Shown: positions 8,878 to 19,500 of the stretch, in pieces
How positions within the stretch are numbered: the first letter of the stretch is position 1
Layout: every line of letters begins with the position of its first letter
Origin: a virus
Lineage: Duplodnaviria > Caudoviricetes
Strand: one strand, 5' to 3'
Length of the DNA: 64,000 nucleotides
Virus record (IMG/VR): IMGVR_UViG_3300023174_000037
The notes under the pieces: model-generated
Database searches by the model: none
Told to the model about the DNA's origin: nothing
What the model saw: only the letters and a program-made list of their open reading frames with translations
Program-made: the position numbers and the translations under genes

Positions 8878-10230
8878 ATGCCACGATTAAGCCTATATCG
8901 CCCAAACAGAACTGCTGACTACCAATTCTTCGACCGTACTATCAAAGAGATGTTTACTGTTGGCGGACTAGACATTTACGTTCACAAATATCTTGGGCCC
9001 ATTGTAGATCCAGCTCAAACTAATAATCCAGGTGATGCTACCCTGCCAACTTACGACACTACCAATCCGTTGTTTATTGAAGATTTGTTGTTGTTGGAAA
9101 ATCGTGATCGAGCCTATGACCCAGACGTGTATATCATGCGTGGTGTGTATCGAACACAGGATATTGATTTTGATCTTACACAATTTGGTTTATTTTTAAA
9201 CAACGATACCTTGTTTATTACATTTCACTACAACAACATGATAGACACATTTGGGCGCAAGCTCATGGTAGGTGATGTTATTGAAGTTCCTAATTTAAAA
9301 GACTACCACCCATTGGACCGTAGTATTCCCAAAGCATTACCCAGATACTATGTAATACAGGATGGCAACTATGCTTCAGAAGGATTTAGCCAAACTTGGT
9401 TGCCTCACTTATGGCGGATCAAAGCCACGCCAATGGTCAATGCTCAAGAATATAGCCAGATCATTAACGAACCATTTATGCCAGAAAATATCTGGGATCC
9501 TGGCAATTTTTATCCTGGTGGCGAAACAGTCAACAATGGTGGCACCTATTATGTTGCACAACAAAACGTACCGCCAGGCACTGATATTACCAACACAGCC
9601 TATTGGACAGAAGTAACCACACCAGCAACAGTAGGCGACCGAATGAGCACCAGACCCAAAGATCTGGAAATTAACGATGCCTTATTGGTGCAGGCTCAAG
9701 CTGATGTTCCGCTCAGTGGCTACGACGTTACAAAATTCTATATATTACCAACTGCTGACGGACAACCGGCCGGTGCTGGTCTTACTGCTGATGACACCCA
9801 CCCTACAGCAGACAGCACAGCGCCAGGCGATGGTACCACACCCAAGAGCTTTGGCTATACCATGGGTTACTTAACTGGTGATGGCGCGGCCCCTAATGGC
9901 TTGCCAGTAACACCGGGTGTAAGTTTTCCGCCTAATCCAGCCGCAGGTGATTATGCCTTGCGTTTAGATTATTTTCCTAATCGACTGTTTAGATTTAGTG
10001 GTAGATCTTGGATCAAAATTGAAGACAATGTTCGCACTGACCTTGACTTGGCCTCAGGTGCATTAACTCAACGTGCCAGCTTTGTCAACAATACATACAC
10101 TGTTGCTACCACAGATCAAGGCAATATTCCAAGCCGTCAGAGTCTTAGCCAGATACTTAAACCACTGGCTGACAACGGCAGTCAAGGTGGCAATATTACA
10201 CCACCCAACCCAAGACCACCAGGACGATAA
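8878..10230 (+). CDS. gp14: Neck / head-closure protein (T4 gp14-like) with insertions
   Basis: MPRLSLY, DLLLLENRDR-x-YD, DLTQFGLFL-x-ND-x-LFITFH, GDVIE-x-P motifs; TAAATA 7 nt before the ATG at 8878. Confidence 0.8.
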   Translation: MPRLSLYRPNRTADYQFFDRTIKEMFTVGGLDIYVHKYLGPIVDPAQTNNPGDATLPTYDTTNPLFIEDLLLLENRDRAYDPDVYIMRGVYRTQDIDFDLTQFGLFLNNDTLFITFHYNNMIDTFGRKLMVGDVIEVPNLKDYHPLDRSIPKALPRYYVIQDGNYASEGFSQTWLPHLWRIKATPMVNAQEYSQIINEPFMPENIWDPGNFYPGGETVNNGGTYYVAQQNVPPGTDITNTAYWTEVTTPATVGDRMSTRPKDLEINDALLVQAQADVPLSGYDVTKFYILPTADGQPAGAGLTADDTHPTADSTAPGDGTTPKSFGYTMGYLTGDGAAPNGLPVTPGVSFPPNPAAGDYALRLDYFPNRLFRFSGRSWIKIEDNVRTDLDLASGALTQRASFVNNTYTVATTDQGNIPSRQSLSQILKPLADNGSQGGNITPPNPRPPGR

Positions 10231-11640
10231 ATGGCACAATTTTTTTACGATGAACAAATACGAAGATTCTTGTTACAGTTTGCTAGAATCTTCAGTAACT
10301 TCAGTGTAGAGTACGGCCGCAATCAAGCCGGTATCAACGACACTTTGATCCGTGTACCGGTTCGGTATGGTGATGCTAGTAGACAAGCACAGACTATCAT
10401 GCAACAAAACAGTGCCAATGACATGCCAGCAACTCCATTAATGACATTTTATGTCACCGGTCTTGACTATGACCGTCCAAGAATTCAAGAACCTAATTTT
10501 GTAAGCAACATTCAAGTTCGTCAACGCACCTATGACGAAGCCACTGACAGTTACGAAACCACACAGGGCAATGCATTTACTATTGAACGGTTGATGCCAG
10601 TTCCATACAAGTTAACCATTGCATTAGATATATGGACTAGTAATACCAATCAAAAAATGCAGATACTGGAACAGATACTGGTGCTGTTTAATCCTAGTCT
10701 GGAAATACAAAGCACTGACAACTTTATTGACTGGACCAGTCTGACCGTTTGTAATCTTGAATCAACTAAATGGAGTAGTCGAAATATTCCAATAGGAACT
10801 GAAAATCCTATAGACATAGCTACACTTACTTTTAGCATACCAATTTGGCTATCAAGCCCAGCTAAGGTTAAGAAGTTGGGTGTGGTCGAACGTATTGTCA
10901 TGAGTGTGTTTGATGCCAACGGTGATGCTAGCAATGCTATCCTTGACAATGACCTGCTGTTAGGTACTCGACAAGTGATTACTCCATACGGATATCAAGC
11001 CCTGTTGATTGGCGGAAGCCCTGGAACAGTTGGTAAATTACAAGCATTACGTGTGCAACAGGTTGTCGATCAATCCAACAACAGTTTAAATCCTCCCAGT
11101 AGCCCGGATAGCAACTTACTGTGGCACGATGTTGTTGGAGTATATGGCGTATTAAGAGACGGCATTAGCTATATTAAATTAGAGCAAGACGACGGAACTG
11201 AAGTGATAGGTCATGTCAGTTATGATCCTACCGACGATCGATTCTTGTTGTTTACTGTAGACTCCGGCTCAACACCTGGCAATACGTTAGAGCCAGTGTT
11301 GGCCGTAATTGATCCACTACGAAGTGGCCCTAATGCTGGACTAGCTGCACCAGCAGTCGGTCAACGATATTTGTTTACTGAAGCAACTGGTACGTTCAAC
11401 GAAGGATATGCCGAAGCCTGGGCTGGCATAGCTGGACAACCCTTGGTTGCTCAAGCCAATGACATTGTTGAATACGATGGCACACGGTGGCAGATTTCTT
11501 TTGACTCGGCCTCAAGTCCAGATAATATACAGTATGTCACAAATATCACAACAGAAATACAATACCAGTGGACTGGCGATTCGTGGATCAAATCATATCA
11601 GGGCTTGTATCCTGGAGGCACATGGAGTCTAGTATTGTAA
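10231..11640 (+). CDS. gp15: Tail terminator / sheath stabiliser (T4 gp15-like) with C-terminal extension
   Basis: FFYDEQIRRFLLQFARIF, RVPVRYG, MPVPY, QILEQILVLFNP motifs. Confidence 0.85.
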   Translation: MAQFFYDEQIRRFLLQFARIFSNFSVEYGRNQAGINDTLIRVPVRYGDASRQAQTIMQQNSANDMPATPLMTFYVTGLDYDRPRIQEPNFVSNIQVRQRTYDEATDSYETTQGNAFTIERLMPVPYKLTIALDIWTSNTNQKMQILEQILVLFNPSLEIQSTDNFIDWTSLTVCNLESTKWSSRNIPIGTENPIDIATLTFSIPIWLSSPAKVKKLGVVERIVMSVFDANGDASNAILDNDLLLGTRQVITPYGYQALLIGGSPGTVGKLQALRVQQVVDQSNNSLNPPSSPDSNLLWHDVVGVYGVLRDGISYIKLEQDDGTEVIGHVSYDPTDDRFLLFTVDSGSTPGNTLEPVLAVIDPLRSGPNAGLAAPAVGQRYLFTEATGTFNEGYAEAWAGIAGQPLVAQANDIVEYDGTRWQISFDSASSPDNIQYVTNITTEIQYQWTGDSWIKSYQGLYPGGTWSLVL

Positions 11641-12062
11641 AAGCCGTGGGAGTTTGGTTTTACTCAGTTGATACTCGTCGTTACCTGTATCTCATGCGTA
11701 ATGATCCAAAACATCCGGCAGCATGGGGATTGCCGGGCGGGCGTGTAGAAACCGGCGAGACATTGATGACTGCTATTGTTCGAGAGTGTGAAGAAGAACT
11801 AGGATCCATGCCCGAGTATGTGCGTATGCTTCCATTAGAAAAGTTTACTACTGTAGATTCAGGATTTGAATATCATACGTTTTTTTGCATTGTTGGCAAT
11901 GAATTTCAACCTAAACTAAATCATGAACACATTGGATATGCTTGGATTGATTCGGGAACATGGCCCAAACCCATGCATCCAGGCCTATGGTCCACTGTAA
12001 ACTTTGAAGCAGTGCAGAATAAAATTCTAACTATTGAATCCAGCGTTTATACATCACAATAA
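11622..12062 (+). CDS. Nudix hydrolase
   Basis: Complete Nudix box G-RVETG-E-TLMTAIV-RE-C-E-EE-L-G; EHIGYAW. Start estimated. Confidence 0.9.
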   Translation: MESSIVKAVGVWFYSVDTRRYLYLMRNDPKHPAAWGLPGGRVETGETLMTAIVRECEEELGSMPEYVRMLPLEKFTTVDSGFEYHTFFCIVGNEFQPKLNHEHIGYAWIDSGTWPKPMHPGLWSTVNFEAVQNKILTIESSVYTSQ

Positions 12063-12709
12063 CTGATAAATTCAAGATAGGTCATAACCTGTGTGTTGAA
12101 ACAATCAACCCAGACATCAGGCATGCGTGTGTTTTCGCCCACTAGATAAAATTTAACACCTGGGTAAGCCAAAAATACATCGGCCAGTTGTGCTTCCCAG
12201 TTTAACGAATCACCATTGGTTTCATCTGTGTATCCAAGTAAGAATACTTCTTGGTGGCCGTCAAATGCAGCCAGATACACAGCCGTAGTCATATCAATCA
12301 ATCTAGGTTTATGCGGAATTAAATAAAATTCTCCCGGATTAGCAATACAATTACGTGCAGTGGTATACACAATGTTGTCTTGTTGGTACCCTGTTTCTAA
12401 AATTTTATTCAAATTATTGATATTGGTTTCTACTGCAAAGTCCAAGCGCATTTGTTGAGCAATCGGGCCTGTGCCGTAGGTTTGTAATTTTTTACTGCCT
12501 AATAGGCCGCCGCGGTGACGTTGCAGTCGTGTGTAATCAAACTGCCAACGATCAAAGTCACTGCCAATGCAGGCCGCACGACCTGACAGGTGATGGTTTT
12601 CAATGGGATTTGGAATCCACTCACGTGTTTCTTCTTTTTTACCGGCGCCCCATCTAGTCTCTAGTATTACAAATTCGCCAGCATAGTCTGTGCGATATCT
12701 AGCTTGCAT
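12047..12709 (-). CDS. Hypothetical protein, possibly MptE/Maf-like Rossmann fold
   Basis: AVYLAAFDGHQEVFLLGY resembles the A-x-x-x-G-x-x-x-I-x-L-x-G-x-D motif; weak match. Confidence 0.5.
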   Translation of the reverse strand: MQARYRTDYAGEFVILETRWGAGKKEETREWIPNPIENHHLSGRAACIGSDFDRWQFDYTRLQRHRGGLLGSKKLQTYGTGPIAQQMRLDFAVETNINNLNKILETGYQQDNIVYTTARNCIANPGEFYLIPHKPRLIDMTTAVYLAAFDGHQEVFLLGYTDETNGDSLNWEAQLADVFLAYPGVKFYLVGENTRMPDVWVDCFNTQVMTYLEFISYCDV

Positions 12710-13530
12710 TATGACTTTCCTACTGCTACTTCTATCACTCCTGGTTCAGTTGAATTGTATTCTGCTAAGGCTTTGCCAATGATACAACCAGGTTGGTATA
12801 AATTCATATCCAACACAGTAGCCACTCCAGCAATGTGACTTGATACCAAACGATCGCCTTTGACAATTGTACCAACTACTTGACAAGGAACTCGTCCAAC
12901 TAGTGCAACTTCAAGTGAATATTCGCCTGCTTGTGTAGAGTTCATTAGGTAGGCCGGCTGTGTGGATATAATGCCGGCCACCTGTGTAGAATGTGATGCG
13001 GTTGCAATAGTTATTTCATAGTTACCGCCAAATTCAACCACAGTCCCTGGGGCATAGGCCGTATCAGCAACATACATTTCAGCCAAGTCAGCATATTGGG
13101 CCGACGTTGATTTGGCAAACACTGTGTTCCAGCTTGAAGTAGCACTACCAATATTAGCGGTAGCATTGCTACTGGTTGGCATAATGTTACTTGAGATGTT
13201 GACATTGCCTGTACCATTTGGTGTCAACACAATGTTGCCGTTGCTGGCTGTGGTTGCAATGTCCAACTGTCCTGCATCAGATATGGTACCACTTAGAATT
13301 AAATTGCCGCCGGTAATATTGCCGGTTACACTTAAACTAGTGCCAGTGTAGACTTTGTTAGCAATAGTTTGAACACAATTTAGTCCAACTTGGGCAAATC
13401 CTCCAGGAGTAGATCCATCATGCACTCGTATTACATCTAAATCCGTGTCAATGCTCAACTCACCAGGTGATCCAGTAAATGAGTTATTTTGTGATGTAGT
13501 TCCTCTGCGGAACTGTAAGACTGTTGGCAT
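12709..13530 (-). CDS. Short fibre-like protein: Mtd_N-like N-terminus and autocleaving-chaperone-like (Peptidase_G2/IMC-like) C-terminus
   Basis: LQFRRGTT...GELSIDTD...RVHDGST-x-GG; SAQYADLAE...VALVGRVP...GDRLV...IGKAL. Confidence 0.75.
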   Translation of the reverse strand: MPTVLQFRRGTTSQNNSFTGSPGELSIDTDLDVIRVHDGSTPGGFAQVGLNCVQTIANKVYTGTSLSVTGNITGGNLILSGTISDAGQLDIATTASNGNIVLTPNGTGNVNISSNIMPTSSNATANIGSATSSWNTVFAKSTSAQYADLAEMYVADTAYAPGTVVEFGGNYEITIATASHSTQVAGIISTQPAYLMNSTQAGEYSLEVALVGRVPCQVVGTIVKGDRLVSSHIAGVATVLDMNLYQPGCIIGKALAEYNSTEPGVIEVAVGKS

Positions 13531-13555
13531 TGAATTCTCCTGTTTCTTTATTTAT

Positions 13556-16500
13556 TTAGGTTAGCACACCAAAATCCACGGGCTCTAACACTTCTCCTCC
13601 GGGATCCATCATGCTGTAAACTTCACCAAGATTTACTCCAAACGCATCGGTAGCCGATGACTCAAACGGTATTTCCTGCGAAGTTTGTACGAAATTGAAG
13701 CTAAGATCAAAATTTCCAATAGATCCTGGAACAGGGCTTACTGTGCTGTTAGGATAGCTTGTTGCTGAACTGCCACCACCACTTTGATCTACCCATGCTA
13801 GATTCCCAGCGCCGTTGGTGCTTAGGACTTGATCTGCATTGCCATATCCAGTTGGTAGTGTTAAAAGGTAATCGCCTGTAAGGGCATTGGGTGCCCGTAA
13901 AGAAATAAAATTACTGCTGTCAGTGTCATAAAATTTGACCTGTTGTCTTGATTGAATTACAATGTTACTACTGGCTATGAATGTAGATCCAACAACATTG
14001 CCAGTGGCACTTACAATACCAGCGGTTAAAATGTTACCACCTGTAACGTTACCCACAGCACTGATATTACCCGAAGTTGTGACTATGCCTGTGCCATTTG
14101 GAGCTAACGCAATATTTCCATTTGAGCCTGTAATAATTGTCAATGCACCTGTATCTACAATGTTACCTGTTACATTCAGATTGTCACCACTTACATTGCC
14201 AGTGGCACTTACAATACCAGCAGTTAAGATGTTGCCGCCGGTGACATTTCCACTAGCACTTAAACTACTACCAGTTATTACACCGCCAACTATAGATGCC
14301 GCTGTTGTTGTGCCAGTTACACTGGTTGATGATCCGGTTATTACTCCACCTACTACACTGGCAGCAGTGGTAGTTCCTGTGACACTTGTGCTTGTTCCTG
14401 TTATAACTCCACCCACTACTGAGGCACCTGTTATTGCACCTGTTACTGACACACTTGAACCAGTCATTACTCCACCTACTACACTGGCAGCAGTGGTAGT
14501 TCCTGTGACACTTGTGCTTGTTCCTGTTATAACTCCACCCACTACTGAGGCACCTGTTATTGCACCTGTTACTGATACCACGCTACCCACGTGACTTGCA
14601 CCAGTAACTGTACCACTAACAGATAACGAACTTCCAGTGATTACGCCACCTACTACGGATGCAGAAGTTACAGTGCCAGTGACACTTACTGTGGTTCCTG
14701 TGTGATTGGCAGCTGAGATATTACCACCAGTGATGTTGCCGGTTGAACTAATTAATCCACCGGTTAACACGTTACCACCAGTTATGTTACCACTGGCACT
14801 GGTCACGCCTTGCACGTTTAATCCATTACTGGCTACCCAAACATTGGATGAACTGCTATAGGTCAACGAAATATATTCACTGCCAGCCGGACCAACTCCA
14901 ATACCACCACCATTGGCAGCTGCAGCTGTGGCCGCATTATTGGCCACATTAATCGTTAAGTCATTAGTAGTAACATTATTACTGTTGATATAGGTCACAT
15001 TACCAGTGACACTCAAGTTACCAGCGATAATCACATTGCCGTCTGTTCCGCCAGTTCCATTGGGATCAATAATTAAAGTCTGACCAGAACTGACAATGTT
15101 AGCGCCAGTGATTGTAATATTGCCATTGGTCAATGCGGTAGAGGCCACAATATTAGCACCTGTTACATTACCGGTAACACTGGCAGAGCTACCAGTTATA
15201 ACACCACCCACAGTTGAGGCAGCTGTTTGTGTACCAGTGACACTTGAACTTGATCCTGTTATTACTCCACCTACAGTGCTGGCAGCTGTTTGTGTACCAG
15301 TGACACTGGTTGAACTACCAGTTATTACACCGCCTACAGTGCTAGCAGCTGTGACCGTTCCACTAACGCTGGCACTTGAACCAGTTATTACACCGCCCAC
15401 AGTTGACGCGGCTGTTTGTGTTCCAGTGACACTTGTTGATGTACCAGTAATAACGCCACCTGCCACTGAGGCGGCTGTCACTGTGCCACTAACACTTACT
15501 GTAGTTCCTGAATGTAATGTAGCATTGACATTGGCTCCGCCCAGCACATTGCCACCTGTGATGTTGCCAGTGGCCGATATCAATCCACCTGTTAATACAT
15601 TACCACCAGTTACATTACCCGACGCACTAAATGCACCACCATAAGTCAACGGTCCAGAGCCAGCTCGACCCAGTGCTGTGCCGTCAGCATTGCCAAATAC
15701 AATGTATCCGTTTAAGGCACTTTGCTGGCCACGAACACTCATGGTATCAGCAACGTTAATGTCACCAATCCAGGCGTCATCGCCTACTTTGAAGTTGGTG
15801 CCAGCACCGTTGTTGGTTGCAGCTATCGAGTTGGCTGTAAGACCTGCTGTGGTAAATGTTGCCACTGCGGCAGTTCCAGCAATTCCAACCGTGACGTTGC
15901 CGCTGGCAGCAACAACCACATTTGATGTTCCGTTGACGATTGAGTTGCCAGCCGAAGCAACAACTCCAGTTAATTGACTACCGTTACCAATAAAGTAACT
16001 GCCAGTTACATTACCTGTGGCACTGACACCTGCACTTTGTGGAAATGTTATTACGTTGCTGGTCGGGCTTGCCTGAAGTAGAACGTTGGTTGCACCGATA
16101 CCATTTTGATAGAATATTCTAAAGACATTGCTAGAATCAGTGTCTAGGTTCCAGGTTGAATTGGCTTGTCCTACTATTCCGCCTATACCGGCCCAGCCTA
16201 TGACCAACTGTCCGCCTTCGGCTCCTGTAGAGTTAATAATCAAATTGTCTGTAGCTGATACTACCTTGCTGGCAATGATATTTGCTGCGTTAAGATTGCC
16301 AGTGGCACTGATCAAACCGCCGGTTAAGACGTTACCACCAGTCACGTTACCACTCAATGAGGAAGAACTACCTGTGATCACGCCGCCCACAGTTGAAGCA
16401 GCTGTTACTGTACCAGTGACACTGGCACTAGATCCAGTTATAACTCCGCCCACTGTTGATGCGGCTGTTTGTGTACCAGTGACACTAGTCGAAGAACCAG

Positions 16501-19500
16501 TAATTACACCGCCCACAGTGCTGGCAGCTGTTACCGTTCCGCTTACACTGGCAGAACTACCGGTTATAACACCACCTACAGTGCTGGCGGCAGTTTGTGT
16601 ACCAGTGACGCTAGTCGAAGAACCAGTAATTACACCACCCACTGTCGAAGCGGCTGTAACTGTGCCTGTTACGCTAGCACTTGAGCCTGTGATTACTCCA
16701 CCTACCGTACTGGCAGCTGTTTGTGAACCAGTGACACTGGTTGAGGTACCAGTTATGACTCCGCCAGCCACTGATGCAGCTGTAACACCACCAGTAGCAC
16801 TGACTAACCCACCGGTTCTTATATTACCACCAGTGATATTAGCAACGACCGATGCACCAGTTGAATCAATTTTTACTCGTTCAACTAATCCATTGGTACC
16901 GGTACTACCAGGAGTTTTTGTTTGAAGACTAAGATAAGCTGAATAATTACCGTCATCAATTCCGGCTATTCTGGCTTCTGCGTTGGCCGCGGCAACTGAA
17001 ATTTGATAGGTGTAAAAATCAATTGCCGATCCAGCACCTGCACCACCGCCTGTATTAATTAAATTTAACTGGACTTTTGTTGCAGCCGCTAAACTGTTGT
17101 TAAGATTTAATGGAGCAACAGTATACCATGTTGGCTGTGCTGGCACAGAGCCAAAGAAAACATTACCTATAAAAGTAGATATGTTGGCTGATCCTGGAAT
17201 TGTTATGTTACCACCGGTGATATTACCAGTGGCAGATATTAAACCACCTGTCAAGACGTTACCGCCAGTTACGTTACCACTTACACTGGCACTGGATCCA
17301 GTTATGACTCCACCTACTGTGGAGGCTGCTGTTTGTGTACCAGTAACACTAGAACTTGACCCAGTGATCACACCGCCCACAGTCGATGCGGCTGTGACTG
17401 TTCCAGTAACACTTGAACTGGATCCAGTTATAACTCCACCTACGGTACTAGCGGCAGTAGCAGTGCCGGTTACAGAACTACTAGATCCAGTTATTACACC
17501 ACCAACAGTGCTGGCAGCTGTAACTGTGCCGGTTACACTTACATTAGTTCCAGTATGATTAGTGGCACTGATGTTGCCACTGGTGATGTTACCGGTAACA
17601 CTTAACAATCCTGTTACGTATTCACCCGTTGAGGCAAATACTACTACGTTACTTGTTCCACCTATGCTGATGTTGGCATTGCCACCGCTGGTGCCAACAT
17701 TGGCTTCACTGGTTCCATTGTAGATTTTGCTGGCAGTGATACCGTTGGCGTAGAATACGTTGCCTAAGAAATAATTTCCTGTGATGTTGCCGGTGGCACT
17801 TACTACACCGCCAGTTAAGACATTGCCGCCAGTTACATTACCTGTAACTGATGTTGAACTGCCGGTTATAACTCCACCAACCGTACTGGCTGCTGTAACT
17901 GTTCCTGTTAATGATGCACTGGTTCCAGTTATCACTCCGCCCACTGTTGAAGCAGTAGTCACAGTTCCTGTTACACTTACGTTGGTTCCTGTGTGATTGG
18001 TGGCACTGATGTTGCCACCGGTGATGTTACCGGTTGCACTTAATATTCCCTGCGATGATAACCCGTTAGTTGCTACCCAGATATTTGATGTGCTGTTGTA
18101 GGTCAAACTAATATATTCACTGCCAGCTGGGCCAACGCCAATACCACCACCGTTGGCCGCGGCTGCAGTGGCTGCATTGTTGGCCATGTTAATGGTTAGG
18201 TCATTTGTAGTGACGTTGTTACTGTTGATATAAGTTACGTTACCTGTAACACTCAAGTTGCCTGTGATGATCACATTGCCGTCGGTGCCGCCAGATCCGT
18301 TTGGATCAATAGTCAATGTTGGACCGGTACTGACAATGTTAGCGCCAGTGATAGTAATATTGCCATTGGTCAATGCAGTAGAGGCTACAACATTACTACC
18401 TGTTACATTACCAGTAATACTGGCACTTGTGCCAGTTATAACACCGCCTACTGTGCTGGCGGCAGTTTGTGTGCCAGTGACACTGGCAGAACTACCAGTT
18501 ATCACTCCACCCACAACACTTGCGGCTGTTACAGCACCAGTTACTGATGTGCTTGACCCAGTTATCACTCCACCCACAACACTTGCGGCTGTTACAGTGC
18601 CACTTAGGCTAGCACTGGATCCAGTTATTACACCACCCACAGTTGATGCGGCAGTCACCGTTCCTGTTACTGACGCCGAAGTTCCGGTAATTACTCCACC
18701 TGCCACTGAGGCGGCTGTAACGCCACCTGATACACTGGCACTGGCACCTGATACTGTGCCAGTTACTGAAGAACTTGATCCGGTTATAACACCACCCACA
18801 GTTGAGGCAGCTGTGACTGTACCAGTAACCGAAGAACTTGAACCAGTTATGACACCACCCACAGTTGAGGCGGCTGTAACTGTGCCTGTAACCGACACGT
18901 TAGTGCCTGTATAATTTGTTGCTGAAACGTTACCACCAGTTATGTTACCACTGGCACTTACCACACCAGTAACATATTCGCCTGTAGTGGCAAACACAGC
19001 TACGTTTGCAGTTCCGCCTACACCAACTGTGATGTTGCCACCCGAACTGACTACTGTAACATTACTTGTACCGTTGTTGATATTGGCCACACTGGTAATA
19101 ACACCAGTAAGCGAAGCACCGTTGCCCAAAATATAATTGCCAGATACATTGCCAGTTGCTGACACTACGCCACCTGTTAAGACATTACCGCCAGTTACGT
19201 TACCACTTACACTGGCACTGGATCCAGTTATGACTCCACCTACTGTGGAGGCTGCTGTTTGTGTACCAGTAACACTAGAACTTGTACCTGTAATGACCCC
19301 ACCCACTGTCGAAGCAGCAGTTTGAGCACCTGTTACACTGGTTGAAGTTCCGGTAATTACACCACCCACTGTTGAGGCTGCTGTTTGTGTACCAGTGACA
19401 CTAAGATTACTCGTTACGAAAACGTTACCTGGAGCAACTGTATCTATAGAAATTCTTATTGAGGCATTGGCAGTGTTTGCAGTGTTTGCTCCAATATACA

